From NCBI GenBank assembly GCA_963804995.1, contig CAWDSK010000005.1, positions 672,001 to 736,000 on the forward strand: DNA of 64,000 nt, in the 5' to 3' direction. The position numbers and the translations under genes were made by a program. Positions 31,998 through 41,503 of the stretch are shown in pieces; the stretch's first letter is position 1; each line of letters begins with the position of its first letter. The notes under the pieces were generated by a model. It saw only the letters and a program-made list of their open reading frames with translations, ran no database searches and had not been told where the DNA came from. Origin of the DNA: an uncultured Acidobacteriota bacterium. Its GTDB lineage: Bacteria; Acidobacteriota; Terriglobia; UBA7540.

Positions 31998-33205
31998 TGG
32001 ACAACAAGCCCCGTGTAGCAGTCATATCACCGTTCCTTGATAAACGGCACGGGACTGAACGATGTGTGGCGGAGCAAGTGGAGTGGCTGTCGCAGAAGTA
32101 CGAAATCCATCTTTACAGTGCCCAGGTTGAGGACATTGAACGCAACACGATCCGCTGGCACCGCATCCCTAATTTGCCAGGCCCTCATCTGCTGCGGTAC
32201 TGCTGGTGGTTTCTTTCCAATCAACTGTTGCGGTGGTGGGATACCAACTTCCGGGGATTCCGATACGATTTGATTTACACGCCAGGCATAAATTGCTTCG
32301 ATGCCGATGTCATATCAGTGCATGTTCTTTTTTCAGAGTTCTACTGCCAGGTCAAAGAGGATCTGAAGCTCCTGCGGAATCCCATCTCGAGTTGGGCCCG
32401 GCTAATCCATCGTCGGCTTTACTATAGACTGATCATTTGGCTAGAGCAGCTTATTTACCCGAGGAAAAGGTCTCTGTTGACGGCGATTTCAAAAAGAACA
32501 GCCGAAAACATGACTTGGTTTGGTAGATCCGAAATCCCCGTGATCTATTACGGGGTCAGCTCGAAACGCTTCAATCCCGAAACTCAGAAGCGCTTGCGCG
32601 ATAAGAGCCGAGGCTCCTTGGGTCTTCCCCCCTCAGCCTTCTGCTTGCTCTTGGTTGGGAACGGTTGGAAGAACAAGGGCTTGGAAACCCTAATAAGAGC
32701 GGTTGGGCTAACCGGGTCCGCGGAACTTCAGTTGCTCGTTGTCGGGCAAGATGACCCTCTTCCTTATCGGAGCGAGATCGTCCACACAGGCCTTGACATG
32801 CGAGTGACTTTTTTCCCCTTGAGGCCTGATGTGGAATTCTACTACGCGGCGTCAGACGTTTACGTCAGCCCCTCCTTGGAAGATGCCTTCGGGTTGCCTC
32901 CCTTGGAGGCCATGGCCTGCGGCCTTCCTGTGATTGTCAGTAGCCGCGCAGGCGTCAGCGAACTCGTAACGGACGGGGTGGATGGGTTGGTTTTGAAGGA
33001 TCCGAAGGATGTTGCGCTTCTCGCTAGGATGATATCGGATCTGTGGAGTAACCCCGTCTTACGAAACAAACTCGGAGAGAATGCTGCACGAACCGCCCAT
33101 CAGTACACGTGGGAACGAAATGCGGCTCAGTTGGACGTGCTCTTCGAACAGGTTCTCGAACGGCGACGGAATCTAAGTTTCGCAAAGACCCCTGTGAAGC
33201 AATGA
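31997..33205 (+). CDS. GT4 glycosyltransferase
   Basis: HGTER, KNKGL, EDAFGLPPLEAMACGLPV. Confidence 0.92.
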   Translation: MDNKPRVAVISPFLDKRHGTERCVAEQVEWLSQKYEIHLYSAQVEDIERNTIRWHRIPNLPGPHLLRYCWWFLSNQLLRWWDTNFRGFRYDLIYTPGINCFDADVISVHVLFSEFYCQVKEDLKLLRNPISSWARLIHRRLYYRLIIWLEQLIYPRKRSLLTAISKRTAENMTWFGRSEIPVIYYGVSSKRFNPETQKRLRDKSRGSLGLPPSAFCLLLVGNGWKNKGLETLIRAVGLTGSAELQLLVVGQDDPLPYRSEIVHTGLDMRVTFFPLRPDVEFYYAASDVYVSPSLEDAFGLPPLEAMACGLPVIVSSRAGVSELVTDGVDGLVLKDPKDVALLARMISDLWSNPVLRNKLGENAARTAHQYTWERNAAQLDVLFEQVLERRRNLSFAKTPVKQ

Positions 33206-34390
33206 AGGTCCTCCTACTCACTCCATCGCTTGAGAGGCCCGGTGGTATCCAGCGTTACACCGTAACCCTGGCACAAGCTCTTAAGGACTTGTTGGGTGAT
33301 CAATCCGTGCGTTGCGTGGGGCCAAAAGAAGACACGGCAGGGCCGGGAAGTGCGCGACTGTCGGGACGTTCTAAATGGCGTTTTGGTTGGCATGCCGCCC
33401 GAGAAGCAGCGCGTTGGCGACCGGACTTAATTATCTGCACCCATCTTGCCTTGGGGCCGGTCGGGTGGCTGGTAAGGATGCTCGCCGGCCCTCCTTACTG
33501 GATCATTGTGCACGGCGTTCGAGGCATGGATGGGGCTTCCCAGGTGGAAGCGTGGTGCTCTGCGTTGAGCCGACCGGGTGATAGTCACTAGCGCCTTCAG
33601 TCGTGGGCAAGTTGTGAAGCGGCACAAGATTGAGGACAAGCGTATATCGAGCCTCCCCTGCACTCTTGACGAGACACTGATAGGTGCCACGCCTGCGGAA
33701 GTGGTCACTTGCGCGCGACTCTCCGACGGGCGACGGTTGGTCTTGACCGTGGCACGAATGGCAGCGTGGGAGCGGTACAAGGGGCACGATGTGGTGCTTC
33801 GAGCCCTCCCATCAGTTGTGGCGAAGATACCAAATCTCACTTACGTGATCGTCGGCGACGGGGACGATCGACCTCGACTGGAAATGCTGGCGCAGGAGTT
33901 GGGACTTATCCAGTACGTCTTTTTTACAGGCGAGGTGACGGAGTCCGAGTTGGCAGCGTTCTACCATCGGAGTGAAGTTTTTGTACTACCTGCCAGGACG
34001 GTCATAGACGAACATGACCCTAAGGGTGAAGGCTTCGGAATTGTCTTTCTTGAAGCTATGGCATTTGGGAAGCCGGTTATCGGGCCAAATTACGGGGCCC
34101 CTGCGGAGTTGATTCGACAGGGAGAGTTCGGAATCCTGGTGGACCCCGAGGATCCGGCTGCAGTTGCCAGCGCGCTCATCCACTTGCTCAATGCGCCCGA
34201 ACAAGCGAAGAGTATGGGAGAGTCAGCAAGGCGATGGGTGAGGCAGGAGTACTCGTTTGAATCCCTCTGTCGGCGGTTGGGAGGTCTACTCGTCGACTCG
34301 GGTTTCGTTAATTGTACCCTGCCGGACCAGGGCGCGGCTCTCGAATCAACTTGGGTGGGTCGTAGCAGTTCGCCTGGAGGTCATCCTTGA
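33202..34390 (+). CDS. GT4 glycosyltransferase; frameshift near 33519 and an in-frame TGA near 33566
   Basis: MKVLLLTP..GGIQRY..VHG joins (ADR)VIVTSAF, ERYKGHD and EGFGIVFLEAMAFG. Confidence 0.85.
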
Positions 34391-35325
34391 GGGATGTGAG
34401 GGCCTTGCAGAAGGCGGCCTTCCTTCAGCTTCACAAGCTGGGCATTCGTTTTGGTATCCACGTTCTCCCGGTCCACTACTACTCGCCCGTAGCAAACATC
34501 CTCGATCTTGAACGGACTAAGCCGGCTTGGGCAAGGAAGTCGGAATTGCCGGGATTAGCCATAAACCTGGATGAACAGGTAAACAACCTGCGAACCATTT
34601 GTCTGCCCTTTCAGAAGGAGTATCTGGGCAACAAGATCTATCACGAGGGCGCAAGGAACCACCGCAAAGCTTTTGGATACATCGAGGCGGAGGCCCTGCA
34701 TGCGGTGATCCGGCATTATCGGCCGCGACGCGTAATCGAAGTAGGGGGAGGGCTCTCGACTTATTGCATGCTCACCGCACTGAAAATGAATCAAGAAGAA
34801 GGAGCCGGAAGCTGGTCAATGGTATCCGTTGAGCCTTATCCCTCTCAAAGCTTAAGAGCGCTGGAGGGAATCAAGCTCATCACCGAGCATATCCAGAGAG
34901 TCCCTCTAGAGCTATTCGCCGACTTAGGCGAGAATGACTTCCTGTTCATTGACTCCTCGCATGCGATGAAACCTGGCAGTGACGTCAATCATTTGATACT
35001 GGAAGTGCTGCCTCGCTTGCGAAGTGGTGTGCTGGTTCACTTCCACGACATCCATCTTCCTTATGATTACCCGCGCGATGTGCTTGAGAATTTCCTGCAT
35101 TTCAATGAAACGTCGCTTCTGCGCGCCTTTCTTATCTTTAACAATCGGGTCAAAATTATCTTCTGTATGAGTCAGCTACACTACGAAAGGCGAGACGCTC
35201 TACAAGAAATCTTTCCGGACTACCGCCCTCAAGCCGATGTGAATGGCTTACGGAATGGGGGGCACAAACCTTTTGCGTCGATAAGTGAGCACTTCCCATC
35301 CTCCCTTTACTTCCAAGTACATTAA
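34387..35325 (+). CDS. Class I SAM-dependent methyltransferase (Methyltransf_24-like)
   Basis: HYYSP, IEVGGGLST, EPYP, FIDSSH..GSDV, HFHDI. Confidence 0.88.
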   Translation: MRDVRALQKAAFLQLHKLGIRFGIHVLPVHYYSPVANILDLERTKPAWARKSELPGLAINLDEQVNNLRTICLPFQKEYLGNKIYHEGARNHRKAFGYIEAEALHAVIRHYRPRRVIEVGGGLSTYCMLTALKMNQEEGAGSWSMVSVEPYPSQSLRALEGIKLITEHIQRVPLELFADLGENDFLFIDSSHAMKPGSDVNHLILEVLPRLRSGVLVHFHDIHLPYDYPRDVLENFLHFNETSLLRAFLIFNNRVKIIFCMSQLHYERRDALQEIFPDYRPQADVNGLRNGGHKPFASISEHFPSSLYFQVH

Positions 35326-35358
35326 ACAGCACGGGTCCAGCCCTTCGGGAGGCGGCTT

Positions 35359-36603
35359 GTGCGAATCCTTAAGGTGACACAAGCATATTATCCCTTCCAG
35401 GAACGGGGAGGACCCGCCGTCAAGGTCCGGTCAATTGCCCGAGCGCTGAGAGGGCTGGGAAATGAGGTTACGGTCCTGACTGCGGACTTGGGTTTCGGAC
35501 CCCGAGAGATCGCGGCTGCCAAGGTGGTTGATGATCCGCAGGGCTGGCGGACCGATCTGGACCGAGTGGAAGTAATTTATCTCAGAACCCGCCTCCATTA
35601 TCGAAATCTGACCGTGAATCCAGGTGTTCTGGGGTTTTGCCGGCGCCGCCTCAAAGAGTTTGAAATTGTCCACATATATGGCCTTTACGACACCTTAGGC
35701 CCCACTGTCGCGCGGTATTGCCGAAAGTTCAGGGTCCCGTATTTTGTGGAACCGCTCGGGATGACGAGGCCAATTGACCGGGGATTTCTGCTCAAAAAGA
35801 TTTGGAGAAAATTGGCAGGGAACTATTTAGGGCGGGCCAGCAAATGGATTGCGACCTCGGAACTGGAAAGGAAGGATTTGCTAGCCGAAGGCATTCCCTC
35901 TGAAAAAGTACTGGTTCGGTTCAATGGAATCGACCGAGAGGATTTCGAGAAGCTCCCTCCGTATGGCGCCTTCCGGAAGAGGCTGGGGATTCCTGACGAC
36001 GAGCGCCTGATCCTTTTCTTGGGCCGTGTGATCCCACGCAAGGGCGCCGATCTTCTCATTGAAGCGCTGCCTCAAATCGGCTGCGGAAAGCTCAAGCTCG
36101 TTATCGCCGGTCCTGAAGGTGAGAACGGGTATTTGGCCTTCCTGCGTGACAAAGCTCGAGCGAAGGGAGTCGGCCAACGAGTTCTGTTCCCGGGGCCTCT
36201 TTATGACGATTTGCAGAAGGAGGCATACGTAGACGCGACGGTGTTTGCGTTGCCGTCGCGATACGAGAACTTTGGCAACACGGCGGCGGAAGCCATCGCT
36301 TGTGGCACTCCCGTGATTGTTTCGGATCGCTGCGGCATAGCTCCCCTCGTTGATCAGCGCGCAGGTCTCGTGACTTCTTATGATTCAAAGGCAGTCGCCC
36401 AAGCTTTGAAGCAGTTGTTAAACAACCCGACCCTTTACCAACGCCTAAAAGCGGGATGCGCACAAGTGGCGGAGGAGATTTCTTGGGAAGGCCTGGTTTG
36501 GGGAATGCAAGATTCATACGAACATGCAAGGGACGATTTTTCCAAACGACGTTCGCTCGTTTCTGCTCCGCAAGCGGACGAGATCAGATCACGCCGAATC
36601 TAA
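35359..36603 (+). CDS. GT4 glycosyltransferase
   Basis: GGPA, GRVIPRKG, ENFGNTAAEAIACGTPV. Confidence 0.92.
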   Translation: MRILKVTQAYYPFQERGGPAVKVRSIARALRGLGNEVTVLTADLGFGPREIAAAKVVDDPQGWRTDLDRVEVIYLRTRLHYRNLTVNPGVLGFCRRRLKEFEIVHIYGLYDTLGPTVARYCRKFRVPYFVEPLGMTRPIDRGFLLKKIWRKLAGNYLGRASKWIATSELERKDLLAEGIPSEKVLVRFNGIDREDFEKLPPYGAFRKRLGIPDDERLILFLGRVIPRKGADLLIEALPQIGCGKLKLVIAGPEGENGYLAFLRDKARAKGVGQRVLFPGPLYDDLQKEAYVDATVFALPSRYENFGNTAAEAIACGTPVIVSDRCGIAPLVDQRAGLVTSYDSKAVAQALKQLLNNPTLYQRLKAGCAQVAEEISWEGLVWGMQDSYEHARDDFSKRRSLVSAPQADEIRSRRI

Positions 36604-36621
36604 TACCGCTCTGAAAGAAGG

Positions 36622-37515
36622 ATGACTACGGAAGCCTTGCTTTTAACTCAACTACAGGAAAAGGGCTCACCTGCGAACTCTCATAGATTGTTTGCCCTGG
36701 GCCAGTTTGCCACCCGGACCTTTTTGATTGCTACCCTTGCTTTATTAGTCTACGGGCTGGCCTGGAACACTTCCACGCGGAGGTACCTGAAAGGGTTCTC
36801 CGACGCCATCCTTCCTCTGGAGGGGTCGGAGCAAGAGAAGACCGAAGCCCTGTTGCGGTGGTTTCGCCACGAGCCTCAGCGGCTTGGAACCCCCGTCTCC
36901 GACTCTGCCTACAACCGTGACCCGGTGATCATTGTCAAAAATACCCGCTTGCTTAAGATCTGCGGGTCAGCGACGAACGCCTTCATTAACTTGGGCGATG
37001 CCGCTGGCCTGAAGACACGGCGTCTGTTGCTGGTCGACAAATTCGGGAATTCGATGCACGTAGTCGCGGAAGTGCAATGGGATGACCGCTGGGTGGTAGT
37101 CGATCCTCAGCAGGGACGCGTGTTCGTGGATCACTTGGGCCGCGGCCTGAGCAAGGAGGAGTTGCGTGATCCCGCGGTGTTCCGCGAGGCCGTCAGCGCT
37201 ATGCCTGGTTACAATCCCGAGTACAGTTTTCAGCACACCATACACATCCGTTTGAGAAGACTTCCCTTTGGACGCCTCTTGCGCATCAGCCTGGACCGTT
37301 TTTCCCCGGGGTGGGAGGAAGCAGCCGACTGGGGTTACATCCCAGAGAATCCCTCGCTCTGGCCGATCCTCGCCTCCATACCTCTGTTTTTCTTGGGCAT
37401 CCTTGCTCATTTATCTTTTCGTCGGTACGGCCGCAACAAACTAGGCATCGAGGCGCGAGGTCTTCGGCAGCGGCTGATACAGGCCGGGCGCGCCTTCCTT
37501 TATCGATCGGCATAA
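36622..37515 (+). CDS. Membrane-anchored transglutaminase-like (Cys-His-Asp) protein
   Basis: TM near each terminus; ICGSATNAF, HVVAEV and WVVVDP triad spacing. Confidence 0.7.
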   Translation: MTTEALLLTQLQEKGSPANSHRLFALGQFATRTFLIATLALLVYGLAWNTSTRRYLKGFSDAILPLEGSEQEKTEALLRWFRHEPQRLGTPVSDSAYNRDPVIIVKNTRLLKICGSATNAFINLGDAAGLKTRRLLLVDKFGNSMHVVAEVQWDDRWVVVDPQQGRVFVDHLGRGLSKEELRDPAVFREAVSAMPGYNPEYSFQHTIHIRLRRLPFGRLLRISLDRFSPGWEEAADWGYIPENPSLWPILASIPLFFLGILAHLSFRRYGRNKLGIEARGLRQRLIQAGRAFLYRSA

Positions 37516-37529
37516 AACTGGCATAACAA

Positions 37530-39452
37530 ATGTGTGGAATATGTGGGGTAGTAGGCGTCACGGATCCTGAGCCGACGCTAAGTGTTGTGCGGCGGATGAT
37601 GGGGGAGATGTGTCACCGCGGCCCGGATGATGAGGGCATGTTCGTGGATGACTCCGTCACCCTGGGGATGCGCCGGCTCAGCATTATCGATCTCAACGGT
37701 GGACACCAGCCGGTGTTCAATGGCGACCGAACTGTCGTCGTCGTGTTCAATGGAGAGATTTACAACTTCCAGGAACTCCGGCGCACCCTCGAATCCCGTG
37801 GCTACCCCTTCCGGACAGGGAGCGACACAGAGGTTATCGTCTACGCCTACGAGGAATGGGGAGAGGATTGTGTGGATCACTTCGAGGGCATGTTCGCATT
37901 CGCCCTCGCGGAGACATCGAAGTCCACTCGCCGTGGCAATCCCCGGGTCCTGATGGCGCGCGATCGCCTGGGCATCAAGCCTCTCTACTACGCCCTCGTC
38001 GATGGCAACCTGATATTTGCTTCAGAAGTCCGCTCTCTCCTGGCTTCGGGTCAAGTTGAACCGCGGCTATCGCAGACGGCATTGCGCAGTTATCTCCTGT
38101 TTGGTTCGGTCGTGGAGCCCATGACGCTGGTCGAGGGCATCTATTCCCTGCCACCTGGGCATCGGATTATCATTTCGGCGGCTGGGCGCCACACCTCGGT
38201 TCGCCCCGAGCCCTATTGGGACTTCGCGGAGTCTGCTCGCCCCACTCTTGACACCAAGAAGCGAGAGCGTTGCTCCGCGACGGCGTTCCTGCGTTCGCTC
38301 CTGGAAGAAACGGTCGAGTCCCATTTGACCGCCGATGTGCCCCTGGGAGTTTTCCTGAGCAGTGGCATCGATTCCACCGCCCTCGTCGCCCTCGCGACCC
38401 AGAAGAAAGCTGCCGTGAACACCGTAACCGTGGTCTTCCCGGAGCAGGAGTTTAGTGAGGCGGAAGTCGCTCGTCGCACCGCGCAGCGATTTGGAACGAA
38501 TCACCAGGAACTCACTTTGAGCGGCGACGACATGTTAACGCGCCTGACCGAAGCAGTGGGTGCTCTCGACCAGCCCAGCATGGATGGCATCAACACATAC
38601 TTTGTTTCCTGGGCGGCACGGCAAGCAGGCCTGAAAGTAGCCCTCTCGGGACTGGGTGGTGACGAGATTTTCGGAGGGTACAGCACCTTCCGCTCGACCC
38701 CGGATGCACAGTCCGTGGCGACTCTGGCGCAAACCGTCCCGGGGGGCCTCCGCTCCAGCCTGGCCTCCGCGGCGGAGGGAATCTTGGGGCATTTCCATAG
38801 AAAAGATTCTCACCGCAAGATGGCCGCACTGTGGCGAGACCCCAATTTTCTGCCGCACCCTTATTTCTACACCCGGCTCCTGTTTACCCCGGACCAGGTG
38901 TTGGGATTGTTGAAGGGTAATGACCTTGACTCGCCGGAACCATGGAAAGATTGGCTGGAGCAAACGGCGCGGGAATCGAAACAGCTTGATGATTTCACCG
39001 CCGTGTCTTGTCTGGAATCACGATCTTATATGGTCGACACCCTCCTCCGAGACACGGATGCCATGAGTATGGCTCACTCACTTGAGGTGCGGGTGCCGTT
39101 TCTTGACCATGCCCTGGTTGAGTTCGTAACTCGACTTCCGGGATCGATCAAGCAGACCGCCGGTGTATCCAAGTCGTTGCTGGTTGACGCCGTCGCTGAT
39201 CTGTTACCCGGGGAGGTTGTCTCGCAGCGGAAACGAACTTTCACTCTGCCGTGGGAGCACTGGCTTCGGGGCGCCCTGAGGAAGCAAGTGGAAACGGAGT
39301 TGAAGACCCTGGCGCCCGCGCTCGAGGAATGTCTCAGCGTTCGTGCTGTCGGGCGAGTCTGGTCAGATTTCCTACGCGGGCGCACGTCCTGGTCGCGCGT
39401 CTGGAGCCTTTTTGTTTTGAACCGTTGGGCTCAGCAACACCTGGGCTGCTGA
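37530..39452 (+). CDS. asnB: Asparagine synthase (glutamine-hydrolysing) family amidotransferase
   Basis: MCGICG N-terminal nucleophile, HRGPD, RRLSIID, NGEIYN, LSSGIDS, SGLGGDE, SLEVRVPFLD. Confidence 0.93.
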   Translation: MCGICGVVGVTDPEPTLSVVRRMMGEMCHRGPDDEGMFVDDSVTLGMRRLSIIDLNGGHQPVFNGDRTVVVVFNGEIYNFQELRRTLESRGYPFRTGSDTEVIVYAYEEWGEDCVDHFEGMFAFALAETSKSTRRGNPRVLMARDRLGIKPLYYALVDGNLIFASEVRSLLASGQVEPRLSQTALRSYLLFGSVVEPMTLVEGIYSLPPGHRIIISAAGRHTSVRPEPYWDFAESARPTLDTKKRERCSATAFLRSLLEETVESHLTADVPLGVFLSSGIDSTALVALATQKKAAVNTVTVVFPEQEFSEAEVARRTAQRFGTNHQELTLSGDDMLTRLTEAVGALDQPSMDGINTYFVSWAARQAGLKVALSGLGGDEIFGGYSTFRSTPDAQSVATLAQTVPGGLRSSLASAAEGILGHFHRKDSHRKMAALWRDPNFLPHPYFYTRLLFTPDQVLGLLKGNDLDSPEPWKDWLEQTARESKQLDDFTAVSCLESRSYMVDTLLRDTDAMSMAHSLEVRVPFLDHALVEFVTRLPGSIKQTAGVSKSLLVDAVADLLPGEVVSQRKRTFTLPWEHWLRGALRKQVETELKTLAPALEECLSVRAVGRVWSDFLRGRTSWSRVWSLFVLNRWAQQHLGC

Positions 39453-39500
39453 CTTGGCGGTTCTCGCCTGAACGCGGGCAAGACCCTTACGGACCCATCC

Positions 39501-41294
39501 ATGAACATTCTGGGAATTAACGCTTATCACGCCAACGCCTCTGCGGCGCTCTTGTGTGACGGGCGGCTGGTGACGGCGGTGGAGGAAGAACGCTTCAACC
39601 GCGTGAAATACGCGGCGGGCTTTCCAGCAACCGCGGTCCGGCACTGCCTTTCTGAAGCCGGACTGACCATCAAGGACATTGATCACATCGCGATTCCGCG
39701 TAACCCCTGGGCCCGGATTGCGACGAAGCTCTTCTACGCCGTCCGCATGCCGCGTTTTACTCTTGACCGCTACCGGGCCATGACCCACTTCCGTGGGATT
39801 CGAGAGGACCTTGCCGCGGCGTGTGAGGTTGACCCGCAGGCCATTCGCGCCCAGCATCATCGCGTTGAACACCACGTCGCGCACTTGGCCAGCGCCTTCT
39901 TCGTCTCACCCTTCGATCGGGCGGCCGTGCTTTCTACTGACGGATTGGGCGACTTCGCGAGCACCATGTGGGCAACGGGAGAAGGCAACCGCCTCAACGT
40001 CCACGGAGCGGTGGCGTTTCCCCATTCCCTGGGACTTTATTACACCGCACTCAGCCAGTACCTGGGATTCTGGAGATTCGGTGACGAATACAAGGTGATG
40101 GGATTGGCCGCGTACGGCGAACCGAGCCAGGTTGAGGAACTCCGTCGCATTGTCACGGCCGGCAACGGCAAAGGGTTTGCGCTTGGCCTCAAATATTTCT
40201 GCCACCACCGGACGGGGCCGGAGATGACCTGGCAGGAAGACGGCAAGACTCCCGTTCTGGGTCAGCTTTTTTCCCCTTACCTCGAGGAGCGCCTGGGAAA
40301 GACGCGCACTGCCGCCGAGCCGGTCGGCAAAAACCACAAAGACCTTGCTGCCTCGATGCAAGCGGTCCTGGAAGAAGCGTATTTTCGATTATTGAACCAC
40401 TTGCACCCCATATCCGGTCTAAGCCAGGTGTGTCTGGCAGGGGGTGTGGCTTTCAACTGTGTGGCGAATGGCAAGATTTTCGATAACACGCCGTTTTCAG
40501 AAGTTTACGTCCAGCCCGCCGCCGGTGATGCCGGACTGTCCGTGGGCGCAGCCTACTACGTCTATCATCAAATCCTCGGGCAGCCGCGCAGCTTCGTCAT
40601 GGAGCATGCGTATTGGGGACCGCAGTTTACCCCGGAGGCTATCGGACAGGCTTTGCGAGACAGCCAAGCCAAGGGTTCGAGTCTCCCTGTGCGCAGATTC
40701 TCCGACGAGGAGTTGGTGCACATCACAGCCAAACACCTCGCCGATGGCAAAATTGTGGGATGGTTTCAGGGGAGGGCAGAGTGGGGCCCGCGCGCGCTGG
40801 GAAACAGAAGCATTCTGGTTGATCCACGTCGCGCCGAAATGAAGGACATCCTCAATCAGAGGATCAAACACCGGGAACCCTTTCGCCCTTTCGCTCCTTC
40901 CATTCTGGAAGAGTCCACTGCACAATTCTTCGAGCGCTCACACCCCTCGCCTTTTATGAACCTTGCCTATTCTGTGCGCCCTGACAAGCGCGCCACGATT
41001 CCTGCTCCTACGCACGTGGATGGAACTGGCCGTCTCCAGACCGTGAGCCGCCGGACCAATCCTCTTTATTGGTCGCTGATCAAGGAATTCGAAAACCTCA
41101 CCGGCGTACCCGTCCTGCTCAACACTTCCTTCAATGAAAATGAGCCAATAGTCTTGAAGCCGCAAGAGGCCATCGACTGCTTCCTCCGAACCCGGATGGA
41201 TGTTTTAGTGCTGGGGAATTACGTGGTTGAAAAACCGCCGCAACCCCCCGCGCCCGAGGACCGTGCCGCAGCAGAGAAGATCGTGAAGGCTTGA
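39501..41294 (+). CDS. Second O-carbamoyltransferase, NodU/CmcH family
   Basis: EEERFNRVK, HHVAH, EYKVMGLAAYG, AGGVAFNCVAN, GPRALGNRS, HVDGTGRLQ, NTSFN. Confidence 0.95.
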   Translation: MNILGINAYHANASAALLCDGRLVTAVEEERFNRVKYAAGFPATAVRHCLSEAGLTIKDIDHIAIPRNPWARIATKLFYAVRMPRFTLDRYRAMTHFRGIREDLAAACEVDPQAIRAQHHRVEHHVAHLASAFFVSPFDRAAVLSTDGLGDFASTMWATGEGNRLNVHGAVAFPHSLGLYYTALSQYLGFWRFGDEYKVMGLAAYGEPSQVEELRRIVTAGNGKGFALGLKYFCHHRTGPEMTWQEDGKTPVLGQLFSPYLEERLGKTRTAAEPVGKNHKDLAASMQAVLEEAYFRLLNHLHPISGLSQVCLAGGVAFNCVANGKIFDNTPFSEVYVQPAAGDAGLSVGAAYYVYHQILGQPRSFVMEHAYWGPQFTPEAIGQALRDSQAKGSSLPVRRFSDEELVHITAKHLADGKIVGWFQGRAEWGPRALGNRSILVDPRRAEMKDILNQRIKHREPFRPFAPSILEESTAQFFERSHPSPFMNLAYSVRPDKRATIPAPTHVDGTGRLQTVSRRTNPLYWSLIKEFENLTGVPVLLNTSFNENEPIVLKPQEAIDCFLRTRMDVLVLGNYVVEKPPQPPAPEDRAAAEKIVKA

Positions 41295-41342
41295 TATCTC
41301 GCGTCGCGATATGCCGATCCGGTACCACACATTGATTAACAA

Positions 41343-41412
41343 CCCTCTCCGAGGGGAAGGGTGGACCGCAGCCCACGTTTTCATCGGCCGGGGCGGGACG
41401 GGTGAAGGGGTT
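41343..41412. repeat. REP-like intergenic repeat (CCCCTCACCC...CCCTCTCCC family)
   Basis: The reverse complement ccccttcacccgtcccgccccggccgatgaaaacg..ccacccttcccc aligns with cccctcacccgtctggcatcggctgatgagaacg..ccaccctctcccc at about 48710. Confidence 0.75.
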
Positions 41413-41503
41413 ACTCGCGGGTTCGGGGCGTTTGAAGATTCCAGGAATTCAAAACCGATTAGCCCCGGCAAACCCGTGACGCGAATTCCGCGCTAACAAC
41501 TAG

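Noticed and set aside
6715..33570. Stop-codon recoding (TAG 6715 in wzm, TGA ~33566 in a GT4)
   Set aside because: Both lie next to indel lesions at non-catalytic positions, and TAG and TGA terminate many other genes here.
14842..41294. Nod-factor biosynthesis (NodU, NoeI-like, fucosyltransferase)
   Set aside because: No NodA, NodB or NodC; the fucosyltransferase is GT11, not NodZ; the context is Wzm/Wzt surface glycan.
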